Assembly (NCBI RefSeq): GCF_001194135.2
Contig: NC_068984.1
Span: 103,307,243 to 103,371,242 of the forward strand
Direction: 5' to 3'
Origin: Octopus bimaculoides
Lineage: Eukaryota
DNA: 64,000 bases
This document shows, one piece after another, positions 39,012 to 52,203 of this stretch. The translations under genes were made by a program, and so were the position numbers. Every line of letters starts with the position of its first letter. Position 1 is the stretch's first letter. A model generated the notes under the pieces. The model was not told the origin of the DNA. It ran no database searches and worked only from the letters and a program-made list of their open reading frames with translations.

Positions 39012-39870
39012 TACTACATATGCGGGAAATTTTGTCTGTGGGGGTGTTTGTGGAGTTGTTAGCTAGCTCCTCCTACATCGTTTTATCGATTTCGATGAAA
39101 CTTGACACGTAAGTACAACTCAGGTCTGGAAACCTCATGGCATACTCAGATTGTTGAAGAAATCGATAATAAGGACCCTGCAAGGGATCCTTATATATAT
39201 ATATCTAATATGTTTTATTTGAAAAACCAATGGAAATTATCCATTCACCCCTGGAAGGGGTCGTTATATATAGCCAAGGGAAATAACCCATTCATTTTCC
39301 TAGATTATTTGGTATAAATCAAACTGAGTTTATAATTTCTTAGTATTTATTTTCCTAAACAATAGATTCACACTTATTTCGGTTAGTGACTTATTCACGA
39401 ATTTACCAATACTAGCGCCGCTGTGGGTAATATTCTCTGGGAACGCACAAAAGCCCTCTTCAGAGTTATTTACTCTGAATTGTTATTATCTCATATCTGA
39501 TTAGCCTGTTATTACGTAACACTCTTCACGATTTTAGTATACATACCTTATTAGTATTTCCTCTTATGTTCTATATACTCTGGGAATGTATTAAAGCCTT
39601 TTTCGGGGGTACTTTATTTGAATTCTTGCTATCGGGCAACTAATTTCCTGTTATTACACAACCGACTTCACAATTTGGGTATTCATAACTTATTGGGAAT
39701 TCCTAACAACAAGATCCTGTATAAGACAGTTTAGTACTCTCTGTAAATGCACAAAACCGATTTAAGGGCTACATGCTTTGTATTGTTGTTATTGGCTTAG
39801 CGAAACAATTATGAGAACGGAACTAAGGGATAAGCCCCACTTTCCGGGAATTACCGGGTACATCAGCTAG
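39012..39870 (+). mobile_element. Non-autonomous Helitron-like element
   Basis: The 3' end is CCGG-GAATTA-CCGG hairpin, then GTACATCAG, then CTAG|T (39867-39871). The 5' region carries TGTCTGT and CGATTTCGATGAAACTTG. An inverted sister copy lies at 46933-47706. Confidence 0.6.
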
Positions 39871-40139
39871 TATATACATATATTTGTATATATACTCACC
39901 CACACATCAACAAATGCTTTGCATGCATTTTCCATTGCGTAAATGCCAATCTTTCCACTTTGAATAGCCAAAATAACAGAATACAAACGATATTAATACC
40001 AAGAAAACATTATAATACCAAACACAGCTTGATCAGGGACAGCATGCAGCTAGAACCTTCCCTATCACTCCAAACATTTGGTCTTACTATCACCAAGGAT
40101 CTCTCCTGGTGAAAGTAAATCGCAGATATAACTAAAAAT

Positions 40140-40850
40140 GCATCTCAAATGCTGGCCCTAATCTTCAGATCCAAAAGACACCGCATTTCCCCATCCCACA
40201 TTATGCTACAAAGCTCAGACGAGGCCCACAACATACTGAAAATCAAGATTGAGCGAGCCTTTGCCCTTTTGCAACGATAGAATGGTGGAAAATAGTGGTA
40301 GTAAAAACTCATCAATTTAGAAGTACAATACAAACATAAGAAAAATGAGTGCACGATTACAAGAGGAAGAAGTAAGAGGACCAGCAATAGCAACGCCACA
40401 GAAAAAGAAGGGAAAAAATAGTATCATGTGTAACTACATACGTAAAGACGAATGCAGATTCGGCAACTACATGATACGGAATGTAGTGTACAAATGCGAG
40501 GTGAAGGCAAATATGCAGAAATATGTGTACATTGGTTGTACTGTTGACACCATGAAAAATCGTCTGAGAAACCATCTACCATCGTTTTCCAATATAAATA
40601 AAAGACATTCCACATCTGTGTCAAACTTCGTCTGGAGGCTAAAACAGAATGGAGTAGAATACACAACCCACTGGCCCATTATAAAAATGCTACACCATAT
40701 AACGGAACTTCACGAGTATGCAACATATGTGCTTTGAAGAAACCCTGAAAATAATCACATCCAGGCAAAACGTGATAAATAGACACTCTGAGATGGTCGT
40801 ATCATATAAGCAAAGGAACAAAATATTATTCATGGAATTTTTTTTTAATA
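40140..40850 (+). mobile_element. Penelope-like element GIY-YIG endonuclease region, frameshifted
   Basis: NVVYKCEV...YVYIGCT...KNRLRNH..SF...HSTSVSNFVWRLK, then ICFEETLKII...VINRHSE, matches the PLE endonuclease. Confidence 0.8.
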
Positions 40851-41690
40851 TTTTGAAAAGAAGTAACAAATTATAGAATCCAAACAAATAAACGAAAATA
40901 CTAATGTTTAAGATGATACACACTATAACAACAGAAACAGTGAAAAAGTCGCCATAAGAGGGTAGGTATTAGTCAATTCAGTTAATAAACCCCACTCTAT
41001 AGCAGCTGACCACCAGTTGGGTTCAGAATTTATTGAGGGGGGTCAAGTCTTGAATGAAATAGAACAAAGAAATGTACTATCATCCTTAAATCTGCTGAAT
41101 GGATAAACATCCTTAAAATCTGCAGAATGAATAGCAAATAAATCCATTACCACCATACACGCCTCCTTTCCCATATTACTACCATTCCTTTCTCTACCCC
41201 CATCATCTACCTCCCCCCTACCAAGTACATACAGAAATTGTCACATAGCTAGATTGGCCTTCATACTGACAAGAAGTGATGAACATCCCGCAGTGATTCA
41301 TCGCCTAATGAAATGAATCAATGATGAATATCAACCAGATGCCCACGGATAATACGGACTATACTATTCAAAACCCAAGGATACAGACTCTGATGTTAAA
41401 CTCGTGTGATTCGTGGAAACCCGTGTAGCGATGTATTAGGTATTTATAAATTCCATCCTAGAATTATTGCCATTATATATATATATATATATATATATNN
41501 NNNNNNNNNNNNNNNNNNNNNNNNNNNATATGTGTGTGTGTGTGTGTGCATATACACACAACACACACATATATATATGTACACACATACATACACACAC
41601 ATACATACACACACACACACATATATGTATATATATATAATAAGGACTCTTGATCGAATCAGGTACTTAAAAGAATAGGCACCAGGTAGG

Positions 41691-41742
41691 GTTGGATAAA
41701 CCTGTTGGATAAACCTGTTGGATAAACCTGTTGGATAAACCT
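41691..41742. repeat. Four perfect copies of a 13-bp unit, GTTGGATAAACCT
   Basis: Seen directly. Confidence 0.95.
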
Positions 41743-42110
41743 ATGGTCGATTAAATATCCAGTAGGATATTCAGTTTGTGTACACAGAGATACCCCCCCC
41801 CCCCTACGAGTATTAAGCCCCTAGGGGCTGGTCCAAAGTACTCATTGTGTTGATCATATATTATTTGCAGTAGAAGAAAAAATATTTATCTGATCAGGAT
41901 CCGGTTTGCACTTATGAAAGTTTGGGAAAATTTTCCCATTTGTAAAAGTCTTATGTATCAGGTTGAACCAAAAGTTTTTTTCGGATTTTTACTGATTTTT
42001 ATCATTAATTTGATACTACTTCTTGTACAATTGTTGTTGAACTGTTTATCTTTTATTTTTATATATAACATATAAACATCGTTTTTTTTCTTTATTTTAG
42101 AGCTTTGATC

Positions 42111-42895
42111 ATGAGTAATGAAAAATGGCAATTAGAGCCATTTTCCGCTACCTGTGGGGAAAAGGACCAAGTTCAAGGACAGCAGCAAAAGAAATTAATG
42201 TTGCCCAGGAAATGTCAACGAACGTGTGGCACAAAACTAGTTCAGTAAGGTGACACCAGCCTCGAAGACAAAACAAGGTCAAGGAGGCGTTCTGTTGTGA
42301 AAGATGAGGCCTTGATTGAAATGGCTGAACAACAGTGAAGCACAAACACTCGTACATTGCCGACAGAACTTTATAAATGGACATCGCCATAAGCTCGGTC
42401 TTGTGAACAGACGTTTTCGAGAAACATCTCATGAACTGACCAATGACCAGCCTCAATGACGTATGAACAACTGCAAACAACTGCTGGCAAATCCTCGAGA
42501 TGACCGTTTTGGGGAGTCGAATTGTAACTGGGCATAATAAAAAAAAAGGATCTATTTTCGTAATCTTAATAAAATAAATGAGCGACTTCGTTCCGGCTAG
42601 GCTTCAGAACAAAGGTGGCTTGAACAGAAGGTTGTATGTCTGGTGGAATTTCAAAGGGTGTTGCACTTTGAGGTTGTCTCAGATGGTCATGCTGGGAACG
42701 CTTACATTTTTGCTCAAAAACTGCAGCGAGTATATGGTACTTTGAAAGTTGGCTACCTGGCATTAGTCAATCGAAGATGCGCCCTCCTGCAGCATAACAA
42801 TGTACCAGACCACACTACCAAAATGACCAGGTGCAATCTAGGGTATCTTGAGAGGCTGGAAGTGCTACTTCACACTACCTACAGTCCAGATACCC
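42111..42895 (+). mobile_element. Highly decayed mariner transposase
   Basis: AIRAIFRYLW (HTH region), RIVTG, LLQHNNVPDHT and EVLLHTTYSPD. Confidence 0.75.
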
Positions 42896-42986
42896 GCCAA
42901 ATATTTTGGAAACGAACCTAGAAAATATCCGGCAGAGTATCATTTGAAGAGATGGAGTGGTGGTTATATAACGTTTTACAACGGAT

Positions 42987-43017
<31 letters not shown>

Positions 43018-43481
43018 NNNNNNNNNNNNNNNNNNNNNNNNNNNNNNNNNNNNNNNNNNNNNNNNNNNNNNNNNNNNNGTGTGTGTGTCTGTGTTGCGGT
43101 CCAGAAAGGATAGAATGATGAAGTATTTTCAATGCAGCACTCAAGAGACTATCTAACTCTTGAATTGTGGCCTTAAATTCTTCTGGTGTAGTAGAAAATC
43201 AAGTTGTAGCATCGGTAAAACCAACGTCTGGGATTAGCGAAGAGTAAAATATAATCCAAACAATAAGACAAATACAGAATTTAACACATTTTCAATGACC
43301 AGTTACAGCTGTTTCTGTAACACTCTGTTTAAAACGTCAAAGTTCAATGTAAAAAGTTGAGTAATATTTGCGGTCTGAAACACTCGAGTAGCATTTCATC
43401 AGACTTGCATCAAAAGCTTGCCCTGGTAGTGTGCACATTAATAGATAAATAGATAATAGATAGATAAATTGATTGGGAGTT

Positions 43482-43518
<37 letters not shown>

Positions 43519-43541
43519 GTCAGACAGACACATGGAGGGAT

Positions 43542-43603
<62 letters not shown>

Positions 43604-45172
43604 TGCATATCTTATGACCCTTACTTTTGGGAAGTTTTAGTTACATTATAAAACTTTACATACAGAACACAATACATGCTTATGTTGTAGTTGGTGTTTT
43701 TTTCTGTGTGAAGTTGATGTTGATAGTTTCAGCATCCTTATTCAAATAATAATTCGCTCTTAGGATCTCTTATAAGCGAAGAAAATTTACTAGTCAAAGG
43801 AAATCGTTTATGTATGTGTATATCTAAATATGTGTGCGTGTGTCCATATACATTGATGTATGTATGTGTACCCGTATGTGTGTATGCTTGTTAATGTATG
43901 TATGTATGTATGTATGTATGCATGTATGTAGGAAGGAATACATGTATGTAATCAATCTGTATTCACGCAGAATATTTGTGGGTACTGTACATTTTGCAAT
44001 AATTTCTTAAGTATTACGTTATGTGTGCGTATGAATATGAGTTAGTGTGTGCGCACGCGGGCGTTTGTACGTGTGATTCTGTGTATGTACATGTATGTAT
44101 ATGTGTATGAACGCGTGTGTGTGTATATAAGAGTTATGAAAAGAACACCATTAAAGAAGTCACTCCAGCGATACTGATCAGACATTTCCGTTAGGCTATA
44201 ATCAGAACGGAGTATACCTCATTGATGCACTGACATATCAACTTCAAATAAATAGACACAATTATTTATCAAACTGGCAAAGGAAATATCAACACAAATT
44301 TCATAAGAATAGGTTATCAAGATGGTTATTAGCTGAAATATCAAAGAAAATGAAAAGACCAATAACAGTAAGATGAAGCGCAAATCCAACGAGAGAAGCG
44401 CAATCTTTTGATCTGGTCTGTATATTTAACTAAACTCCTTTTCCACAAACTCCTTTCCTGGTCACTATATATATATATATATATATATAATACCTATAAA
44501 CAAAGACGTGGCGGTGAGAGAGCGTAATATGAGAACGGAAATAACGGCTTAATCAGCCTCAAACTACACTTTACCATCTTACAAAAAAAAAAAAAGAATA
44601 CACTGCATAAAGTTATGTTAAATATATTAGTGCTTAAAATAAAAAGACAGGATGGTCACAGTTGGAACGTCTTTAGTTTATAGAAACGTTCGAAGTCATA
44701 CTAACGCAGAACTAAACAGGGTAACTGAAAGAGAAACATCCGACACAAAATCGGAAATTGGGTGCAGCATTAGAACAGTGTTTAACCTTGTACAACGCAG
44801 TAAATGAATAATGACAACAATATGCAAGAGCTAAACATAATTTTTAAATGTGTGTGTATGTGTGTGAGTATGTGTGTGTGTGTGTGTGTATGTGTGTGTG
44901 GGGGGGGTCTGTCTGTTTGTCTGTACATATATTATCAATGGTTCGCTCTGCCTCGCTTGATAAAGGAGTTTCGAAATACAGATGAGTTGTCCAAGTATTA
45001 ATGAACGAATTTCCAAATATTCATAAATGAGATTCCAAATGCTTGTCAGTCATTAAATAAGTGCTTCCCCGTGACTAAGAGTTGTTCTGACTCTTATTTC
45101 TAGCAAAACGTATACATATACATATTCATATATAGAGAGAGACACACAGACAGCTAAACAGATAGATGGATG

Positions 45173-45248
<76 letters not shown>

Positions 45249-45339
45249 TGCAGTACCGGGCCTCTTAACCGGTTTGCAGAAATCCGGGAATAATGTGTAA
45301 TATCATGCAATATACTGCAACTTGCATTTAGCAAATAGA

Positions 45340-45559
45340 CCCTGTTTTAGAAGTGAATTCATTTGAATATGTTAAATACAATTTAGCTCATCACATAGTT
45401 TATTTTATATTTCAACTATACATTAAGATGTTTCGAGAAAACCGGAAAATCCAGATATCAGGGACACTTCCGACCCCAAGTTTGTCAGATTGTTGATCCG
45501 GTATCGTGCATAGACAAACAGACAGACACACACACAGACACACATACACAGACACACAA

Positions 45560-45560
<1 letters not shown>
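45340..45560 (-). mobile_element. Possible 5' fragment of a non-autonomous Helitron-like element
   Basis: On the minus strand CTGTCTGTTTGTCTATGCACGATACCGGATC follows a microsatellite, an architecture like 39 kb and 63.7 kb. Confidence 0.3.
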
Positions 45561-45629
<69 letters not shown>

Positions 45630-46377
45630 GCCCAGTCAAGGTCCCTCAACTCCTTCGTTTTATCATAGAGACGCCATCTTGCCATACGACGCATTTTGAA
45701 CATCATTACACCTAGCAGGATCTATCTGTTTCCATGGGAGTGTGACCACAGCCAGTTTCTTTCAGAAAGAGAGAAAAAAGGGAAAGAGAAGATCGACCAA
45801 TACTGTTGTTTGGGAACACAAATAAACGTGCTCTGCTATTGGATCAAGTATCTATGTCATATGAGTATGGTAGGACCATAAGTGAAAACATGCATGGATT
45901 TTTGTATTTTTTTATTTTTTGATGAGTTGTCTGCAAACATTTTAAATATATGTTGTCTTTCATACTCATTTCTAATGCAGCAGCAAGATATGTACCAATC
46001 CATTTAGATCAAAGCCTGATTGCATTTGAATGCGTTCACAAAGAGTATGATTCCATTAATAATTATTTCACTATGGCTGATCGTAGTATTAGAAACAGTA
46101 AAGATCGGTAAGATCTTTTAAAATAAGAAGACGAATGGCTGAGCAGAGGTAGCAGTGGTGAAAATAAACTATGAAACTCCAAACATGAGACAAAAGACCA
46201 CACACACGTGCGCGCGCACGTGTGTGTGGCTTCAGACTTCTTTGTGTGTACAGTTGAAAATAGTCAATACGTGAAACCTCTAGGTATAAGGAAATAATCC
46301 ACTTTTACACACACAAACACACGCACTACACATACATACATGTATACATACATAGATACATAGATACATACATATAT

Positions 46378-46812
46378 AATCAAAATAAGCAACAAACAAG
46401 GATATCCAGAGGTAATGCAGCACGATCGTTTCATGCAACTCCATTTAATTTAACAATGCAATCATTAGATCAATTTAAATGCAGAGCAATCCTCAGCTGC
46501 ACAAAGACATAGAATTTAATTAAATTAAAACAGATGTAGACATTAGTATAATTATACCTAAAACCTCCAAGAAGTTAAGGAGATAGTGAATGTAGCATGT
46601 TCTTTGTCTATCTCCTTAACTCCTTGGAGATTTTAGGTATAATTATACTAATGTGTCCATCTGTTTTAATTTAATTAAATTCTATGTCTTTGTGCAGCTG
46701 AGCTTTGCTCTGCATTTAAATTGATGTAATGATTGCATTATTAAATTAAATGGAGTTGCATGAAACGATCGTACTGCATTACCTCTGGATATCCTTGTTG
46801 CTTATTTTGATT
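46378..46812. repeat. Fold-back inverted repeat with arms of about 205-209 bp and a 21-nt loop
   Basis: 46378-46586 is the near-perfect reverse complement of 46608-46812. Confidence 0.95.
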
Positions 46813-46932
46813 TTAATCATCTTACTTTGAAATTGTATGGATAATAGCATACTAAATTCTGGTGCCTCAACTTAAGTACCATATTCATCTGAATCTACAT
46901 ACACACACACACACACACATATANNNNNNNNN

Positions 46933-47706
46933 NGCTAATCCAGTAACAATAATACAAAGTATGTAGCCCTTAAAATGTTTTTTGTGAATTTATTGAGACT
47001 ACCGAAATTTCTTACACAGGATCTTGTTTCTAGGAACTCCCCAATAAGTTATAAATACCCAAATTGTGAAGTCAGTTATGTAATCACATGAAATTAATTA
47101 CCCGATAATAAGAATTCAAATAAAGTAGCCCGAAAAGGGTTTTAACACGTTCCCAGAGTATAGAGAACTTAAGAGGAAATACTAATAAGATACGTATACT
47201 AAAATTGTGAAGCATGTTACGTAATAACAGGCTAATCAGATATGAGCTGATAACAATTGAAAGTAAAGCTTTTGTGCGTTCGCAGAGTCAATTACCCTCA
47301 GCGGCGCTAGTGTTGGTATATTTGTGAATAAGTCACTAACCGAAATACGTGGATCTATTGTTTAGAAAGATACTATTTACTTGTTTAAGTGTTGTACTTG
47401 ATAAGTTGCGAAAATAACACAAATAGTTCAAATACTAAGAAATAAGCATACTCAATTTGATTTATACGAAATAATTTGCGAACATGAATGGGTTATTTCC
47501 CTTGGATGTATAAAAATAATGTATTATATGTAGTAGGTATAAGAATCCTTTCCAGGGGCCCTATTATCGATTTTTTTTTTTCAACAATCTAAGTCTGTCA
47601 CTAGTTTTCCAGACATAAGTCCTACTCACGTATCAAGTTTCATCAAAATCGATAAAACGATGTTGGAGGAGTTAGATAACAACGCCACAAACAAACACAC
47701 CCACTG
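46933..47706 (-). mobile_element. Second copy of the 39-kb Helitron-like element, with both ends at small gaps
   Basis: Collinear reverse-complement similarity, for example CATCGTTTTATCGATTT(C/T)GATGAAACTTG, CTAGCGCCGCTG and ACTTCACAATTTGGGTAT. Confidence 0.7.
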
Positions 47707-47716
47707 NNNNNNNNNN

Positions 47717-47765
<49 letters not shown>

Positions 47766-47801
47766 TCACACACGTGTGCATGTGTGTGTGTATGCGTGTG
47801 T

Positions 47802-48075
47802 GAAGGCACGTGGCCGCGTGGTTAGGGTGTTGCACTCATGACCTAGCGACAGTGGGTTCGATTCCCAGACCGAGAGGCGCGTTGTGTTCTTGAGCAAAAC
47901 ACATTATTTCACGTTGTTCCAGAGTCCACTCAGTTGTAAATGGGCTGCGACAGGCTAGCCTTCCGGTCAGGAGGTATATTGACCTGCCCGTCTAACCAGA
48001 GGGATGGCTTCATTCGAAAGCAAAAAAGATGCAAAGCGCATTGTGATCAGCGTTGTATAACAACATCTGAGAGTC
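47802..48075 (+). mobile_element. SINE family C, tail type 2
   Basis: Head with B-box GGTTCGATTCCC. CORE-like GTGTTCTTGAGCAAAACAC...CACTCAGTTGTAAATGGG. Confidence 0.75.
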
Positions 48076-48089
48076 TCTTATGTATATAT

Positions 48090-48300
48090 GGGAAGTGAGT
48101 GCTGAAAAGTTCCTGGCTCTGGGTAAAAGAAAATACCAGAGGATCAGTTAATTATGATTTTATTTAACTTATTCCACTTTCAGATTCACACAATTATTGC
48201 AGCGGTTCTTCAGTTTTTCTAAGTTCCGTAAAAAAAAACCTTGGAACCTGGCTTTTCGCGACATCCCTAAAACCAGGAACTTTTCAGCCCCATTCCTTGT
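48090..48300. mobile_element. mariner-derived MITE
   Basis: Perfect 16-bp inverted repeat: GCTGAAAAGTTCCTGG (48101-48116) and CCAGGAACTTTTCAGC (48273-48288). Confidence 0.7.
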
Positions 48301-49084
48301 TCATACCGATGTTTGCATGTTTCATTATGTGTCTCTGTCTATCTATCTATATAATATTCATCTCTATAATACTCATCTCTGGTTGCCTGGAGGATCGCAC
48401 AAAGGAAAATGAATGATCAACTTTGAATGAATGAACTTTGATACATGTATTGAGTACTCTCTATACCACTTGTATATTCAAATAGAAATGCAACCTTTCA
48501 GGCGAACAGAGATGAATATTATATACATAGATACATACATACAGACAGACAGACAGACAGACAGACGCGCGCGCGTGCGCGCACACACAGACACACACAC
48601 GCACACACACATACACCTACATATAAGAACAGATTCACAATAATTACGACCGGTGTCATCTCAAAATATATAATGGAATTAAATTTCATTAATAATTAGT
48701 TTCTCTTAAATACCTCAACACATTTTCATAAGCTAAAGCCAGCATCTTAAATTTAAATGAATAATTAAAAATATATATGCGTATGTATTATTTGTTTTGC
48801 GAGATTCTTAGTGTGAAAACGTGTGTTGAAACAGATATTGTTACATTTGGGGATGGTCATCTTTTGCGAATTAATATTGCGTGTGTTTAATTGGCAGAAG
48901 ATTACCATCTCCAAGTATAACAATAAAAATATATATTATTGAAAGCTGGAATTTCATCAATGATTAATTTTAAATAGTTTAACCCAAGCCCAAGTCTGTT
49001 GTTGAAATCTTCATGAAGGGTTATAATAACCTCATTCATCTTTGAGGTTCCCATTGTAACATAAAATGTTTCAAATATAGATAA

Positions 49085-49254
49085 ATAGGCGCAGGCGTAG
49101 CTGTGTGGTAAGAAGTTTACTTCCCAGCCACAAGGTTTTGGGTTCAGTCCCTCCATGTGGCAATTTGGGCAAGTGTCTTCTATTATAGCCTCGTGCTGAC
49201 CAAAACCTTGTGAGTAGATTTGGTAAACGGAAACTGAAAGAAGCACGCCGTATA

Positions 49255-49324
<70 letters not shown>

Positions 49325-49520
49325 TTTATGTCTGTGTCTGTCCCCCACCACCGCTTGACAACTGGTGTTGGTGTGTTTACGTCTTCGTAAGTTAGCGGTT
49401 CGGCAAAAGAGACCGATTGAATAAGCACGAGGTTTAAAAAGAAAATTATGTACAAAAATTTCTCAAAGTGGTGTCCCTGCATGGCCGCAGTCAAACGACT
49501 GAAACAAGTAAAAGATAAAA
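49085..49520 (+). mobile_element. SINE family B copy
   Basis: Full head, (TG)n core and tail. Confidence 0.88.
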
Positions 49521-49753
49521 AATAAAACATAAAAAACACTATAAGGAATTTGGAGAAACAAGTGTCCAAATATTGTTAAATGAATTTCCAAATATTGAGA
49601 AAGGAGATTGCTACGCGACATGCAAAATGTTGAACAGAGTTTTCCAGTACATTCTTCAGTGAAATCGTTTCCGTATTTCATCTAGAAAATTATCAGAGAA
49701 TATTTACGACTCAACAGCAACCAGATAAGAACTCCAAATATAATGGCACTATA

Positions 49754-50951
49754 TGAGGGTCGGCAGATAAGTTCGTACCAAAATACTTCTTCCATCGATG
49801 TTGCGGTGCTTAGATCCCATTGGTGAAGAAGTTTTCATCCTGTTGATTAAAAGAGTCAACAGTAGATATGACGTCATTACTGCAATACCGGTTCCTCGCC
49901 AAGTGTTTTTTCATGTTGGGGAACAGATCATAGTCAAATAGGGCCAAATAAGGAGTATAGGGACGCTGATCAACCAGTTCAAAACCACAGTGACAAAAAG
50001 CATCCCGTGAAAGCAACGACTTGTGTGCTAGAGCATTGGTCTAATGAAATACCTTTTCATCAGTTTTCTTGGGCATTTGGTATTGATACCCTTTCGTAAC
50101 TGACTCAGAAAATTGGCATATCACACTCCATTGACTCTGTGTCCCTTTTGAAAATAGTCAATAAACATAATGCCCTTTGCGTCCCCAAAATCTGAGACAA
50201 TCACCTCCCCTGCAGATGAAATTACCTTGGCCATAGTTGGAACAGGTGTTTCCACTGAATGAATTGTTTATTTGTCTCTGGCTGAAAGCGATGAACCCAA
50301 CACTCATCCTGGGTTAGGAAACGTTCGAGGAGACCAGCTGAATTTCCCTCAGTCAAATTTCAGATTTTCTTGTGATGTGATCATCCTCGTGCGCTTTTGA
50401 TCAGGTATCAGAAGACGTGGATCCCACCAAGCAAAACTCATCATGTCAAGTTCATTGTGCAGAATATTCTCAAGTCTCACACGATATATGCTAATAGCAT
50501 TGGCTGTTCGATTTATAGTCAACTGCCTGTCATCCATGCGGTGCACACGATCAACGTTTTCCTCGGTGGTGACAGTTGCATGATGGTCAGACCTTGGGTC
50601 ATCTTCAAGACTCTCCCTTCCCCTCCGAAATTCAGCAGCCCACTTGTACACTGTTGATAAAGCTGGATCGTCACGTCCTAATGTAGCAACCATGTCAGCA
50701 TAAATGTCATTGCTAGCTTAACCTTTTTGCTGCAGGTACTTGATAACTCAACGATGCCAATTTTTTTTCCATTTTCAAGATAAGTCGCTACTAATAAGTT
50801 TTGAAGTATTTTTTGAATAGTCAGGTCTCAGTTTACTGGGAAAGAAACAATACAGTTTTAATACGAAGTGTTGTAATAAAAGCACGCAAGATTTCACATC
50901 TCTAGCATCAATCCTTCATTGTCGGCCTATGGACGTTTTTGTCCACCCTTG
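49754..50951 (-). mobile_element. mariner element, near full length and pseudogenised
   Basis: The degenerate TIRs (T/C)(G/A)AGGGT are each flanked by TA (49752-49753 and 50952-50953). Transposase pieces: STVYKWAAEFRRGRESLEDDPRS, WDPRLL and PYTPYLALFDYDLFPNMKKHL. Confidence 0.88.
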
Positions 50952-51500
50952 TACGAACCGTTGACTTCTCAGCCGGAATTCCATCAACACCGCTATGTCA
51001 CTTGTATATTACAGCGATCTTTCTTAAAAATCGATAAAATACTTTAAAGGCGAAAACAATAATATAGTTCTCATTTATTCATGATACAGTCTTTTGACAT
51101 TTAACAATTTAAACGAATATTAAACCTCATTGAAGTGAGCTTTAGATTTGTATTTATTTATCTCTAATGACTAAATCAATATTTCATACAGAAATTATAC
51201 AAAAATTATTTCAAAGTTACATTTTTTTTTCTCTCCGTACAGAAATATGCCACCAAGAATCGTTTGTTCTTTCGTTAGACTGTTACCATATGATCGAACA
51301 AAATGATTCACATTTTGTGTTATTGACTTGAAGACACCCCAATGGTTCAGGTCTTTTGATGGAAGAATTGTGTACAGCCTATACAATACAGCATTGGAAC
51401 AAAATAAACATCAACGCACCACTTAGTTATATGTGTTTATGTGTGTTTATTATATGTATGTATACATATATATGTGTGCCTGCATGAGTGTGTGTATATG

Positions 51501-51539
<39 letters not shown>

Positions 51540-52203
51540 NNNNNNNNNNNNNNNNNNNNNNNNNNNNNNNNNNNNNNNNNNNNNNNNNNNNNNNNNNNNN
51601 NNNNNNNNNNNNNNNNGAGAGACAAAAACGCAAAAACTGACAGAGATAGAGAAAGGTTGATATATAGTTATAGATAGATAGATAGATAGATCAACTGAAG
51701 CCAATAAAGTAGATGCTATTTGATAAGACTGTTAGTAACCTTAAACAGACGAGACTTCATTATGTCCTCGAGCCAAATGTTCTACAATTTCTATTTCCTT
51801 ATTTGCTATAATGAACTTCACATTGAATTGATGAATGTCTCTCAAGTTCCTATAAACAGAATTTCACACGATTTATTTTAGTTTACACCTTTTGGTATTT
51901 AGTACACTTAATTGTTTGACATTGTTCGTTTTGGTTTCATTGTAAACTAGCAGCTGGCCATGTTGATAGAATACCGCATCTAATGGCTTCGTATTTCATT
52001 TCTGTTGCTGCTTTGACTCTGGGAAAGATATTTAACCTTTTATAGCTAAGTTCGTTTTAAAAAGTATAATTCTTTAGAATGAACTTGGCTGTAGAAAGTT
52101 AATTACTCTTGCAACACCTTCCAGGCTCCGATAATATTGTCTTTCTTATGTGTGATATTTATTTTTCGATCTGAGCATTTCCTATGTAGCACAGTGTATT
52201 GGT

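Noticed and set aside
45900-46150. Weak similarity to the RLE fragment at 8.7 kb
   Set aside because: Only a short nucleotide match with no translatable motif.
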